64,000 nucleotides of DNA from the NCBI RefSeq assembly GCF_003704095.1, contig NW_020843606.1:248001-312000 (forward strand). Reading direction: 5' to 3'. The translations under genes and the position numbers were made by a program. The DNA is from Pocillopora damicornis (Eukaryota). The notes under the pieces were generated by a model that worked only from the letters and a program-made list of their open reading frames with translations, was not told where the DNA came from and did no database searches. Below are positions 49,401 to 62,132 of the stretch, piece after piece (position 1 is the first letter of the stretch; the number at the start of each line of letters is the position of its first letter).

Positions 49401-52400
49401 AAAAGTAGAGCTGTACATCGTATGGATGTTAAGAATCTATAATCTATAATCTAATCTGTTTGCACCAGTTCCGCGCGGACCAAGGGGATGGGAGTCGAGC
49501 TGTAATAAATAGTCTCCATTCCTCTCTCTACTTCACTGGTGGTTTCAGTACAAGGTTACTGGAAATAATCACCACAGCATTTTGTTTTCAGTTTGTCATC
49601 GTTTTAGAAGCGCGGAAAGGGTTCATCTTCTTGTGATTTGTGTCCCACCCTATAATTGATCCCTGGTACCAACTTGTACCTCAGGTATCTTTGTGATACG
49701 TACTTGGACATGGGTCAGAGTTACAGTTTCGATGATCGACATTACTCCCCGCACAGTCATGGCCACCATGCTGAGGATATGGGCTGTTACATGTCCTATA
49801 CCGTGTCTGTTTCCCTCCTCCACAGCTCACCGAGCATCCTCCAAAGCTGGACCAGGGAGACCATCCACCATTAACTATGCATTTCAAGAGAAAAGGAGAA
49901 AAAGCAAGGTTTTGGGCATCAAGTATTTAGTCGATTTTCCAGCCCATGGTTTATGGGCAATAAAACAAGCGTGACTTAGATAAATGTGAATAAATAAACT
50001 ATCGCTCGCCCAAAAATTTCGAAATTTTCCTCGTGCTGAAAAAAAAAGATTATCGCTCTAGTTTATAACGGCCAGAAATTGAGCAACACACAAAGTAAAT
50101 TGAAGGAAAGTTAAAACTGTATGATAAAAATTTCAGTAGTAGGAGATATTACCCTTATTCGGGAATAGCGAAGCAAGAAGTTTGATCAACAAGAGGGACT
50201 AAAATGTTCGATCTTGAAAATTAAAGGTTTCATGTTCATTCGTTTTGGCATAAAAAAATGAGATGAGCAGTAAATACTTGCATTTAGATTATCACCTACT
50301 TGGACAATGCAGACGATCACTACAATACTTCGTTTGTTTTGCGTCTCCAACACAAGAGGACCCGCCGCCAGAGGGAGGAGGACTGTCACATTTCCTTGTC
50401 CGAGTTGCTGTCCCGTTACCGCAAGTTTTACTGCAGGCAGACCATTGTGACCAGTGACCCCAATTTCCATTCACTTGAGCTACAAGGAACCAGAACAATT
50501 TGGTTGTTTTAATTTCTAAAGGCGTAGGCGTGTTAAAGGTGGGCCAAAAGTGAATGCGACCCCTTTGTTAGTTTTGACGACGCTGATAAAACTTTATCAT
50601 AAAGTTTCATAAAATTTGCATCGTGGGAAGAATCGTGGCTGTATGAAAACATTGTGAAATGAGAATACCATTACAAAATCGTGCCCCAAAGATTTATTTG
50701 TTTGGAAAATATATTGCTGGTTGGTGGTGCATCTAAAACATGATAAGTCAAAGTAGATAGAATAATTATAGCACTTACAAGAACAGCTGTTTAGGCAAAA
50801 GGCATCTTCCCCCGAATTCCCTTTGCATGCGGCTCCTTCGAACGTAGGAATGGGATTTGAACAAGTCCTATGCCGACTCTTGATGGCATATCCAGATCCT
50901 TGACCATAAATGTGGCACTGCTGAGAACATTCTGACCAGCTGGACCAACTCGTCCATCCGCCATTTATGGGTGTCAGTTCTGCAAATGCCACACAGATAC
51001 TTTAGAAGCATAACATTACAAAATGTTTAAGCTTTTATCACACCGGCGTCACATAGGTCCTTGCCAAGCCATAAAAGGTGTTGTTCTCGAGAAAAATGTT
51101 GGAAATTTGCATGTTATAATAGCTGTAATCATATGAAAATCATATGTGTGCACTGCGGTTGAAGAAACGAATATAGAATCGATCATCGCAGTTATGAGGA
51201 CTACTGAACTAGTAGTTGAAATAAGGCCTGAACAAAATTCAGGCCCGTACGGGATTTGAACCCATGGCCTCTGCGATACGGGTCTGAATTTTTTTTCAGG
51301 CCTTATTTCAGGAGCGATTCTATAGTCGTCATCATGTAATGTTACAATCGACAGACGCGTATCCTCTCCTAATTTCAGTTCCTTTTATACTTTCCTCTTT
51401 AAAGGAATTATCGATGTGCATTGGAGAGAAGGCGGAGAAGTCTGATGGAATTTCTTCTTTGTTTGGTATGTCCCTTCGATCAATTATTTTTACGCCTTCC
51501 CATGCGTCCTTAACCTTAAATTCAGATATTTACCGCCGTTGCATATATTAACGTCCACTCGCAGACAGAGACCATTTGCGTCTGTTTGTGGTTCTCTCGG
51601 ATTAAACGATACATATCGAGCTTTGACAGGTTTCTTCAAGTTCGTTTTGGCCACAAAATCACCATCATCTATTGCACCCCAAAATGCCTGAAAAAAGGAA
51701 ACAAGCGAAAAATTATATTGCCGCGCCGGCTTAAAAAAAGCCGGAGAATAATCTTACAGTCAGCGCAAAATGAGGGTTTGGATTACGGTTCTATTAATGT
51801 TAGCATGTCTGGTCTGGTCATGGGTAGACTATATTATCAAAGAATAAAATGCAAGCAATTGCGTCAAGATCAATTGGCACTTTGTTCACTCAATGATGTT
51901 TTACCTTGGGACGTGTTCCACTATCATCAAGAATGTAATTAAAAGTGCTCCCGTCTTTACTTGTTTTTACGTAATACATTGAAACTGATTGCTTTGTGCC
52001 TGCTTTTCCTTGTATAGCCACGTGGTCTATCTTGACAACTCCACCTTGAAAAGAAACGAAACAGTTAAAAATGTATGCCTAATCACTCTTTAGTTCCTCA
52101 ACAACATTAATGCCCGAAAATAGGACTGACTATAAAAAGAAGTCATTCGCGTTGTATAATTTTCCTGATGTTTCATAAGAATAGGTGACTTGGCATTGGA
52201 GTTGACCAAAGAAGTAGGCAAAACGAAGGTAATGTAAAACATTATCTATCTATACATATTTGAATTTTTCATGCTCAGTTAGCGGTTGCCAGCACTTCGA
52301 GCTGTTGCGCAAGATGTTATTCAACGCTATGATGGCATTCCGTTGCAATGGAAATTACTTTATGGTAAAGACCCACTTGCCGCTGAAATCTCTGGAGCAC

Positions 52401-55400
52401 AAATGCCAGGCTTTCCCCAGACCATGATGAAGGACCATACAAGAAGGCACAGAGGGACTGAGAGGTTCCTTGTTTTGTGATTTACCTTGCACATTTTTCT
52501 GTCATACTTCTCGTGAAATACCCTTTCGCACACAGACCTGACTTCCAAGTAATTATCGCTATCTTTTAAACTCTTTTCTTTAAGCTTTGTCTTTGATGGT
52601 ATGCCGCTTCATGGAGTTCTGACAGTCCTATAACATATACAGTTGAAATCTACGTCAGCTACCCACCTAAATCGACAATGAGATGTTGTGCTTTGTCGAT
52701 GGTTGCCGCGCACCATATGTCGTTTCCATTTATTATTGGGTGCCCAGGCCCCAGGCTGCTGGTCGAGGCGGTGAACTTTACATTATTGTTTGAGGTGATA
52801 TATGACGGACATGCGGGCGATTGCGTAGTCGGTGCTAAGAAATAAAAGAAAAGACAAAACTCTAACGTCTGTGAAAGCAAGCTAACTGATCATTAATAAA
52901 TGACGACTGTAGACGATACTTTCGAACAGCTTACGCTCGTTTCAGTTCAAACCTTAAAAAGTTCTTAAAATCTTAAGTTAAATCAAATGATCCTTGCAGT
53001 TACATGGGCTGAAATTTATGCAATTGCAGGAAAGAAGCCTGAAAAAAAATCCGTCTTCGACGGGATTCGAACCCAGTCCCCCTAAATACTAGTTGGACGC
53101 CTCTACCAACTGACCGACGAAACCACACTTTGGGAGGGTGGGAGGGAGGGAGGGAGGTCTTAGGTATAGCCCAGACTATGGTGGTCCTGCAGTTATTAAC
53201 ATAAACTATTCAATGAGCCTTTATTTTAAGCCGACGTCACAGAGATAAATGAGAACAAATGGGAAAGAGCATTTCCTGTTGAAGAAGAAACTAACAGGAA
53301 TTGTTGAAACAAAGCATTTCCTGACGAGAAAATCGAAGGGAATTAGATATGGGAAATGACGAAAGATAACAAAAAGAGAGAGATTATGCAACAGTCACTT
53401 AAGATTAAAAAAAAAATGCACAGCCGGAAATCATGCAAAAATACTTTCGAGGTTAAATGATTAATGATTGACGCTGGTGACATTTCTTCCTTTCCTCAGT
53501 TCAAAGCTATTTAGGGAAAATTATCTCTAAAAGCGTTTACCTACGTCGTTTCCTTCATTTACGCATATGCGATACTGGGTATTCAATTAACGATAAATGC
53601 TAAAAAAAAACACGCTTATCTGGTATAAGACGACCAATGTAAAACCGGCATGACTGCCTATAAATTTTCCACGAACGCGAGAGAAAAACATCAAAGTTCC
53701 ACTTGTTCTACATATCAAACAGAGCACAGCAGTTTTAATTGATTTATCGATTTCAGTTAGATTTTAGCTTGCCGTTCTTATAGCGAGCGGTTAAGTCAAG
53801 TTTTTAAATATTTATTTTTTACCTGTTGTGCATTGAGTTTCATTAGTTTAGGGAATTTGGTATTCTATGTAAAATTAAAGCGCTATTTTTTAGACAGAGT
53901 GTAGCAGTTGTGAGAAAAAGTAACTTGTTTACCGTCCTGGGAGTTTTAGGGGTTTTTCTAATGGGTTAAGCTTGAATTATGGGGAAGAAAGCCATAATAT
54001 CTGACTAAAAACAGCGATCTTTATTTCACTGGATTAATTGCCTGGAGGTTTACCCCACCCTTGTATATGTTCTGGCGTTACTCAATATTGCGTGGCCGCA
54101 AGCCTTTTGCCATTGATGGCTAGTAAAAGAGAAATGAAATGAATCAGTTCCTGTGTTAAGATTTACTGTTGGATCCTGTCTTCTGTCAGAGATTTGTCCT
54201 TGCTTGAAGGGGTTGTTGGAAAATTTCAAACGAATAGATTAAGTTTCGTAAAGTTTGGTTTGTGGTTTAATTGCTCAACATAATGTGAAGAAAATTTTAA
54301 TTTTTAAGAGCGTAGCGTGAAACTGATCGAAGATAAGAACAGGAGTACTAAGATCGTGTAAAAGAAACTTGCAGTTTTAATTTTTGCTAATTCTTTCTTA
54401 ACTCTTGATAAAGAAACTGTTTTTGTGTGGTTCAAATGCTCCCGTGTCAAATACTTAAATGCGAAGTCCCTAATCTTGGGTAGACAACAAACACTATATT
54501 GCGCCACAAAAAAATGGGATATTGTTCAGAGTAAGATTGATATTTTTATGCCTTGGGTAAAGTTGGTAACATTATAATAACTTTGTGGCAAGAGAGCAGA
54601 CATTGCTTCAAAGTCGTTTTCAATTTTTTGAACATTGACATACACTGGATCTTGCCTTGGTGTACACCAGCAGTTATACAGCGTAAAAAAGAAAATAGAT
54701 TTGGCACGTTTACCTATAGAGACCAATATTTTTTAGTGACCCACTCGTTGAAAATCCATCACATATGAAATCAGCTAATTTTAAGCGGGAGTGTAAAGAA
54801 CAGTCTTTCAGAAAGATTTAACACAATGCAATACGCATTCTTTTAATGCATAAGGAATGTTCGTCCTATTGTTAGAAGGCAGGATGTACCATAGTGACAG
54901 GAATATGGCTGAAAATCGTCAAGTGAGATTATATTATGACAAATGCGTTGTCTTAAAATGAACATTTTTTCCTGCTTGTATTCTTTTCAATTGTAATGAA
55001 AGGCTTTATCATGGGAACGTTTAAATTACCTTAGGAAACGTGATTAGCTTCATGTAACGACTTGCTCGTCCTTTTTTGAGAGTTCGAGGAAATTAAACTT
55101 GTAACTTCAAAATTAGGAATTGATGATTAGGGAAGGTATTTGTTCAGAAAAATGTCAGAATCTTCCTTGAAAAGGTTTTTTTGATATGAAATTTCCCAAA
55201 ATTTTTTAAAGGGCAAATTATTTGAATTGTGGAATATACGCAGGTACTGCTGGGTAAAAGTGAACTTTTAAAAAGGTTTTTATGTAAACAGCATGTCTCG
55301 GTGAAAATTTTCATTCACTGTGTGTGGTTTTCTTGAGGTAAACAACTTAAAAAAAAAAAAGTTAGAATCATTTTGGATCCAAAAAAAAGTAACCACGAAT

Positions 55401-55663
55401 AAAGGTATATCATCTTTGAAATTTTTACGATAAAGAATCTACTTAAAAATTGTGTTTGATTAGGAACCGTACCTTGTTTTACAACTGTTCTGTAAGAAAA
55501 GCCTTACTGATGTTATTATACCATAAAGGAAAAAAAAAAAAAAAGGAAAGAAATGTAAAAACTTACCAGGGTAATATCCATGTCCGTAATAAGTGCCTCT
55601 TGCTTGTGAGAATACGATTGCAATTATGAACACAAACAGCCATTTCCACGAAGAACGCGACAT
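37437..55663 (-). CDS. Coadhesin-like single-pass adhesion protein, paralog B: SP - F5/8C - 11xTSP1 - short Thr linker - 3xVWA - TSP1 - F5/8C - TM - cytoplasmic tail; ~1984 aa
   Basis: Exons on -: 55663-55567 ([25 protein letters not shown]); 52834-52667, 52044-51905, 51687-51534 (F5/8C); TSP1 50979-50779, 50479-50300, 49874-49704, 49348-49178, 48725-48555, 48044-47877, 47451-47275, 47163-46993, 46715-46545, 46173-46003, 45628-45461; 45192-45148 (linker); VWA 44891-44334, 43935-43375, 43151-42600; TSP1 42299-42135; F5/8C 41801-41640, 41269-41136, 40775-40637; 40361-40302; TM 39820-39730 ([30 protein letters not shown]); 39130-38928, 38737-38452, 38094-37602, 37463-37437 (GFRHSRLV*). All GT-AG, 5955 nt in frame. 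Confidence 0.92.
39184..39355. mobile_element. Truncated piggyBac-type MITE related to 39859-40062
   Basis: Starts aaccctttcactcccaagatc and shares the internal ttt(c)ctttattctc...tgatattgt...aggag layout. The right TIR is missing. Confidence 0.55.
39859..40062. mobile_element. 204-bp piggyBac-type MITE
   Basis: TTAA|CCCTTTACACCCC ... GGGGTTAAAGGG|TTAA, i.e. CCC/GGG termini with a TTAA target duplication. Confidence 0.85.
43975..44185. repeat. Degenerate (ACTG)n microsatellite (similar tract at ~10370-10560)
   Basis: Directly visible gactgactgac runs in an intron. Confidence 0.8.
45690..45838 (-). mobile_element. Short hammerhead-derived repeat, copy 3, in a paralog B intron (core mutated)
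   Basis: Minus strand reads ACT-CTGACGT-CGGGCCGATGCTC-AAAA-CG-TC-AGC, then tttagaaactctttccgatggccaatttac...ccaccgacgcagc...gaaacttacc. Confidence 0.65.
51110..51310 (-). mobile_element. tRNA-derived SINE-like remnant with inverted arms
   Basis: Reverse B-box (gggatttgaaccc) flanked by tgaaataaggcctgaa / ttcaggccttatttca inverted repeats. A relative lies at 52985-53135. Confidence 0.6.
52985..53135 (-). mobile_element. tRNA-derived SINE-like remnant
   Basis: gggattcgaaccc (reverse B-box) and ctctaccaactga (reverse A-box-like), with the same upstream gatc.tcgcagtta...gcctgaaaaaa layout as 51110-51310. Confidence 0.6.
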
Positions 55664-55830
55664 CTTGATCGGTTAAAACCTGTTCCTCTGGCACTTTGAG
55701 GCTACTTCTGCAGCCGACGGAGACCTTTTCGTTATGTCTATGTTAGCCCGGGTAACCTTAAACGTAGAGCATTAAGACTTCTTTTGTTTAGCAGACCGCA
55801 ATCCAACGCCCGCTTAAGTACAAAGTTAAG

Positions 55831-55949
55831 TGACGTTCGTATATACGACGTCATATCGTATTTAATTAGACTGAGAAAGAATAATGTTCCATCAAAGAGC
55901 AATGCCATTACTTTCAGGGTTAGATCGGGGTGTTTTAAGCGATGACTCA
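55831..55949 (-). promoter_or_regulatory. Candidate proximal promoter of paralog B: CRE-like TGACGTCG, TGACG half-site and AP-1 TGACTCA
   Basis: CGACGTCA at 55846-55853, TGACG at 55831, TGACTCA at 55943-55949; 170-290 bp upstream of the ATG at 55663. Motif match only. Confidence 0.35.
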
Positions 55950-58900
55950 GAGAAAGATCCTATTTATTTCTTTTTTGCTAAATTCTTCATGTGAAATTAT
56001 CAAGATCAAGTGCTGCAGGGTTTTAATTTTGGTTAATTTTATGGTTCGTGACCTTTTCTTGTCTATTCAACTTTAGTCGTTTAAAGATAATTGACGAGAG
56101 TTTTACACAATACCCTCAATTAAATTATTGATTCCCGCAAAGGCAAGCGTCAGAGAGATACACAGGGCGTACATATGTGAGATTTTAGAATGTAACTTGG
56201 CTTTAAGATGTTTTCATCTATATATTTTGCTGCGGTGAAACTGAAGAGATATAAGTTTCTGTGGCGCGTGCCTTAGTGAACTCCATACAAGAAATCATTT
56301 GCGTGAACTGAAAGTGATTAAGGCCAATATTAGACACCGTGTTCTCGTGGGAAGAAATTTTAACCCTTTGTTGAGATCTACTAGCTTTCATTGCAATGTA
56401 ATGGCGTAAATCTTAAGTCTCAAACCGTCTTTGTGTAACAAATCGGGTTTTGTTAAGGTTGACGACAAACCGTGAGAACCTCTTGAAACAGAATGTTCTT
56501 GACTGCGATAGGAACGCTTCACGGTTGGGTGACTATATTAGAATGTATGCCTCTTCAGCTTTTATCACTCTAGAATATATCGATAGAGGAATAAATATAA
56601 CAAATCAAAGGGAAATTTTAGAACTTCCGAGTTTTATGCTGAGTTGCACCAACCAATAGTTCTCGTTTACTTCACCTTTTCATTGGAAAATTAAAAGAAA
56701 GGTTTTTTTTTCCTATGACGCTCAGGTTTTTTAATTATTTGACGATTTTTTTTAAATTTCTTGTCCATTACCCTAGTTGGGTATTTTATCGATGATAACG
56801 AAAAAGTCGGTATGATTTAGTGTAGAGTATTTTCCGTATAAGTGCATCAAAGTGCAGACTCATGAGTGGCGACCTTACTGCAGTGGCCTAGGGTTGCAAT
56901 TACCACTTGTCACTGATTCGTTTGGGGGGCAAGTGGTTTGATCTGTAATGAAGATATTGCTTTTACCCGATACAAGGGCGAATATAAAAGAAATAATCGA
57001 TATTTGGCCACAATTTCTTTGGTAAATGTGTACTAAAATCCGATTTCCTATCTACATAGGTTTTGAACAATACACCAACGAAAAAAAATTCTGATCCTAC
57101 ATAGTATTCCTAGAAATATGCATCTTTCGGAGCAACCAAGATTCATTCTTTATTAAGGATAATGGTTTCTTTTATGTCAATTCCCCCACGGGTGTATATT
57201 TATTGATCGTCTCAAATTCAATCAATTTTAGTCAAAATAACAATTGTAGCATTGTTGATGATTACTTGAAGCTAGTTCCGGAAAATGATTGACTCTTTTT
57301 TTTTCCAAGTTTTTTCTATTCTTTACATCGAATGACGCCAAAATTCGTTTCTCGGCCCTTTTGATTTAAAAAAATCTCATATCTGTCGCATAAACAGTAC
57401 CAACAGAACCGAACCGAACCGTAACCCTTGTTCAAATAAATTTCTCTCAAAAGCACTTTTGACAAGAGTTCCGCCGGGACGTTTTTACAGCGTCTGCGTA
57501 AGCAGGGTGATTTATAATTGTTCAGTGACAGTGCAGATTTTATCGGTATATTCTTTCGGTCTTCATTGGCAAGATAATCCGGATATTTATCGAAATTAGA
57601 TCGTGAGGTTGCGTTCTTTCTTTTCTCCGTTCGACTCCTTTTGACGAAAAAAGAAAAGATTCGTTGGAATCTTCAAAACATACAGCCATTCAGCCAAAAT
57701 TCATCTTGTAATCTTGCAAAAACAATTTTCTAAAAAAGTGTCATTTTAGCAGAAGAGATGTAATTATGAAAATGAGTGGAAAGAATTGTACATTTGTTTG
57801 TCGGTTACGCTTTCACAAATGTTAGAGTATCTTTGGTGATCTTTTTTCTTTTAGGTGTCCTGGATAGTAAGAAAATACTAGGGTTTCAGAAAATTTATGT
57901 ACATTTCTAAGTGAAATAGACTATCATTATTTGGACTTATACTTTTTTACTGTGAGGTTCACTTTACCTCACTCCTCAAAATTTTAATATCGCCGGTTCA
58001 GAAAATGGTTCTTTGAAACAATATTGTGCTAGGACTATTCGGGCGCATCCCCGCGGATGAATTCTAGCAAGGAACTCATTTGCTTTGTTACGTTGTACAA
58101 ACACTTTATTACGCAGTATTTAAGAAAATGCTAGTTTCATTTCGGAGACACAAGCACTATATCGATTATATTGATGTCGGAACGTCCTTCACAGACAGTT
58201 TTTTTTAGTAACTCCGAACTTTGTAGGAAACCCTTCTGGACAGTTAGCATACGAAGCCAAACTTTCTTTAGTTACTTTAGTTACTAGTCAAAGAAAAAAT
58301 GATGGCTGGTACTTAACTGAAGAGTTCCAATTTGTATGAGAATAATTTCCCGAAAAAGCTCCTATTATTTCAAAGACAACTTTTTCCTCGTAATGTCTCA
58401 CTTTTAAAGGAGGCATGTTCATTTTTTTAAGAAAGCAAAATCTTTCCATTCTTAGCACTTGCTAGAGGAAAGTTGTCGTTATGAACAGATTTCAAGACGA
58501 TGGCATATGCAGGGCCAAGCAGATATACTTATATGCAGAACTATAAACTCAAGGCTCTCAGTGATTCGAACTTCCTCATTGTATTGCACGAGAGAGGAGA
58601 GTATCCTTCTGAACAAAATGACTTGTCATGGCAGAATAAAACTGTACTTTACAAAAGACATAAAACCGACAAGTCCTTTAATCAATGACTTTTTAACATG
58701 TTTTACAATAAAAAAAAAATAAGAAGATAGAGAGGTCGTTGGTTTCACCATTGCCGTAATGTAACAGATCATTATTTTCATTCCTTGTCGTCATGAATGT
58801 AAATGTTGGTTACAATATAACCAAATGAACTTTGGAACTTTCGATCCACACTTCGCACAATATCTAAGAACCGATTGAGAAACGCCATTTTAAACAAAAC

Positions 58901-61900
58901 GGTGAATTCTAATCGTGCATTACAGATTTATCAAATTGATTTGCTGCAAGGAAAATTGAAACAAATAAACTAGATTTATTAAACAGAGCAAACAGCGATT
59001 ACAGAAATCTCTAACCTTTTCCAGTTGTGTGCCGACAAAACACCTTTCATTCCCTTAAGAATAGCATAAACGTAAACAAAAAACTATATCTTTAAGATCG
59101 ACAATGTAAGGGCAATGTGTAAGGGCAATGTGTAGCGAGAATATTCTAGGATATTTTATTATGAAGAATACCATGATATATTGAACAAGAAGGAGGGGAA
59201 TGTGTCAATTTTAAAGTCTTGCAGTTTCCTTTGGTAACTTAACGTAGATAATAGTGATATTATACTTTAAAGTCCGCAAAAAATGATGCCTTTGTCCTGA
59301 TTAAACTCCAGATTTAAAATGGATGAACTTCGAAATAGACATCGTTACAACACGAGGCCAGCACTTTGGAAAAAGGTATCCGCCTTTCTCTCACTCTAAA
59401 CTAATTAAATCTAATTAATGAGTTTACTTTTTCTTTCAAAAACCAAAAGACTCTTGAGTTGTTTTACTTTCTTCGCATAGCTGTTAATTGGTGATCACGC
59501 GTTTGACCTGTTTCAACTCAACCTGAAAAATGGTGTCGTCATGATGTAATTCTCATTATAAATAATTCTGTATGTTTAGATCGTCAAAGTATTGCAAAAT
59601 GAAATAATTGTGGAAGCGTGGTCCAGAATGTCTAACATTCAAAATGATTCTTATCAAAGATATACACTGTATCACATTAAGGGTTTTTGATAGCGAGACA
59701 CTTTACGAGAAAAATGTTTAAAAAGTTAATGTCATATTAAGAGAGTGCTAAAAAGCTTTGTAAAACGTTTGACAAATTGTAAGAAAAATAGTCAAAAAGC
59801 TGTTTTGATTGCATAAATATTTTGTATTTTGTTTAGCATAAAGAATTCAGGCAACAATGAATTCTTCACAAAGGTCTTAATGAGGTGTTAAAAGACTTAA
59901 AATAACTTAGTTGTTGTATAATCAAGTGGCACTCGTTTTAGTTTTTCTTGCCCAACATCTATTGTATTCTTTTGTCATAACCTTTCTTCCAAATAAAACT
60001 CCATACAATATTAACCGTATAAGTTTGGAAAATTTTAGTGCAAGGAATTTTTTTAACGTATTTCAATCAGATGAATAAAGTTTTGTGTTCTAAATGATCA
60101 CAGATTTTCAGTCTTACGAAAGGTGTGCATTTCTAGTAAATTAGCCAAAACCAGCTTAGGTGTTTTACATGATTTACGAGGGCTAAGTACAAGTGTTCAT
60201 GTCCTTTATATTAGCTACAACGTAGAGTAAGCTTGAATGTTCCATATCATTTGTGCAGGCTTACGACCATTCTAGAAATTCCTTCATTTATTTTCAATTT
60301 GCTTTAACGAGTACTTAGGTTCTCCCATGTGCTACGTGACTCGTGTGTGGATGAAATATGTGAAACTTTGCAGTATGAGTTAAATTTGATCATTTCTCCT
60401 TTTTTTTTGAAGGTTTACAAGTCTTATAAAAACACACACATACACACCATCAGGTTTTCTCTATAAAAAAAAGTTGATTTTATTAAATAAATATTCTTTC
60501 CAGTCGAAACTTTCGGCCCTCTTGACTTTACTAAAAAAAAAATGTTCCTATAAATTGTTTTGGCTTAATTGAAGATGGATTACAACGTAGTTTTGTTCAA
60601 AAAAGGCAATAGCAAACTTAGTTCAAATAAAATACGACCTAACTACACTTTACACCCGGAATGCCAAAGAGTTCTCATTTAATGAAACGTATGTTGGTAT
60701 TTTTACAGGCATTCACCGATAAAGTCGCACGTAAAGTATAATTTTAGTACTTCCTGATAAAGACTAACGACTAGTACCAATGTAGCAGTCGAAATACCGC
60801 CATCTTCACTTGATAGCTTGACCGCACAATTGATGATTTTTTGCAATTATCCGCACTATCATAACTCTAATGAATGAACACATCTTTTATAATTCTTCCT
60901 TTCATCTGAAATAAACTACTAGTGAGAACTGATCGGGAGTAACTTTTTAACGCTTTCTTTTATGAAAATGCGCTTTGGTAAAGGTTCCTCTGAGCTTTTG
61001 GAACCATACATGGATGTATTTCCCGTTCATATTTGGCTTTAAAACGTGGACACTTCGTATCGTCGTTTTAATCTGTTTTAGATACAGGTGGTTTTAATTA
61101 GCTAGACATTATAATTTGATCGACGGAACGTACAGAGTACGCCCCAAAACGTGGACATTCGGTGGCAGCTCAAACTCTTCACGAATATGCTCCGATATTG
61201 GTGCTCTAGACCTGTGTCTTTCAGAGCACGTCCTGGAGTATGCTGTGGACACTCAGAAATGCTATTTGCTGGATTACTTGATAAGCTTTCGAGAGCGACT
61301 CCTAAAGACAAACTAGCCATGAACGTAGCACCTCTCCCTCTCAATAGTTCACGCTATATTTCAGATAGTTGATTGGCGTGATAAAATCTTATTCACTGTC
61401 AAGCATATTCTTCTTCTATTTCTAACACACAGCGACTCGTAGCTCATTATTTTACTTAAACACCGATCACTTACAGTCTCTCTTGGTAGCATTCCTATAA
61501 ATTAACAACATTGCGGCGATTAGTTGTCGTCTGGAGAATATTCAAAACTCCTCTACCCCTCCTCCGGCCAGTTGTAATCTCTTTCTCCTTCAGAATTCTC
61601 TACAATTTTACGGATCTATTTTACAGTGGGAATTTCAAGTATTACTTTATTTTTAGCCCGAATGCCTTCGGGTCGAGCCATGAACTCGGCTTCATGTTTT
61701 TTTAAGTTTTTCCTGCATTTCGACAACATTTAGAAGGGTTTTCCTCAAGGTCAGTTCAAAGAAAAGCAATAAAATTGTCTAAGCATGCTTTACACTCTAT
61801 TAGAGTCCTGATAATTTCAAAGGACTTTATACGCCGTATTTTAATTATCTAGCGAGGTTCCATAGAAAGTTGAAAATATCAGTTCATTTTGATACCTTAT

Positions 61901-62132
61901 GGTCGTACTTGACATCTGACCCGACCGTAGCAACGTAAGAAAGCTTTTTTTCTGATTTGATTTCAACAACAATTCACTTGACTGATTGATAAAATTCTAA
62001 AAAAACTCTTGCAGATATTTTTCTTTATCATTGGTTATTTTTAGCATCTTGCATCGCTTTTTATGCTGAAATAGTCTCTGAATTATAATAAGGTGGCATG
62101 AAAAATTTTCATGAGATCAGGTGACCCATTTT

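Noticed and set aside
45431-50512. Alternate-frame and antisense ORFs overlapping TSP1 and VWA exons
   Set aside because: By-products of GC-richer coding exons; they lack domains and splice support.
51240-53125. tRNA-like A/B-box sequences (also near 23427)
   Set aside because: No complete cloverleaf or acceptor stem. They are embedded in repeat context and treated as SINE remnants, not tRNA genes.
58459-61372. Short ORFs at 58459-58722 and 61102-61372
   Set aside because: No motif or homology that I can recognise. They could be decayed repeats or 3'UTR sequence of the gene ending at 62133.
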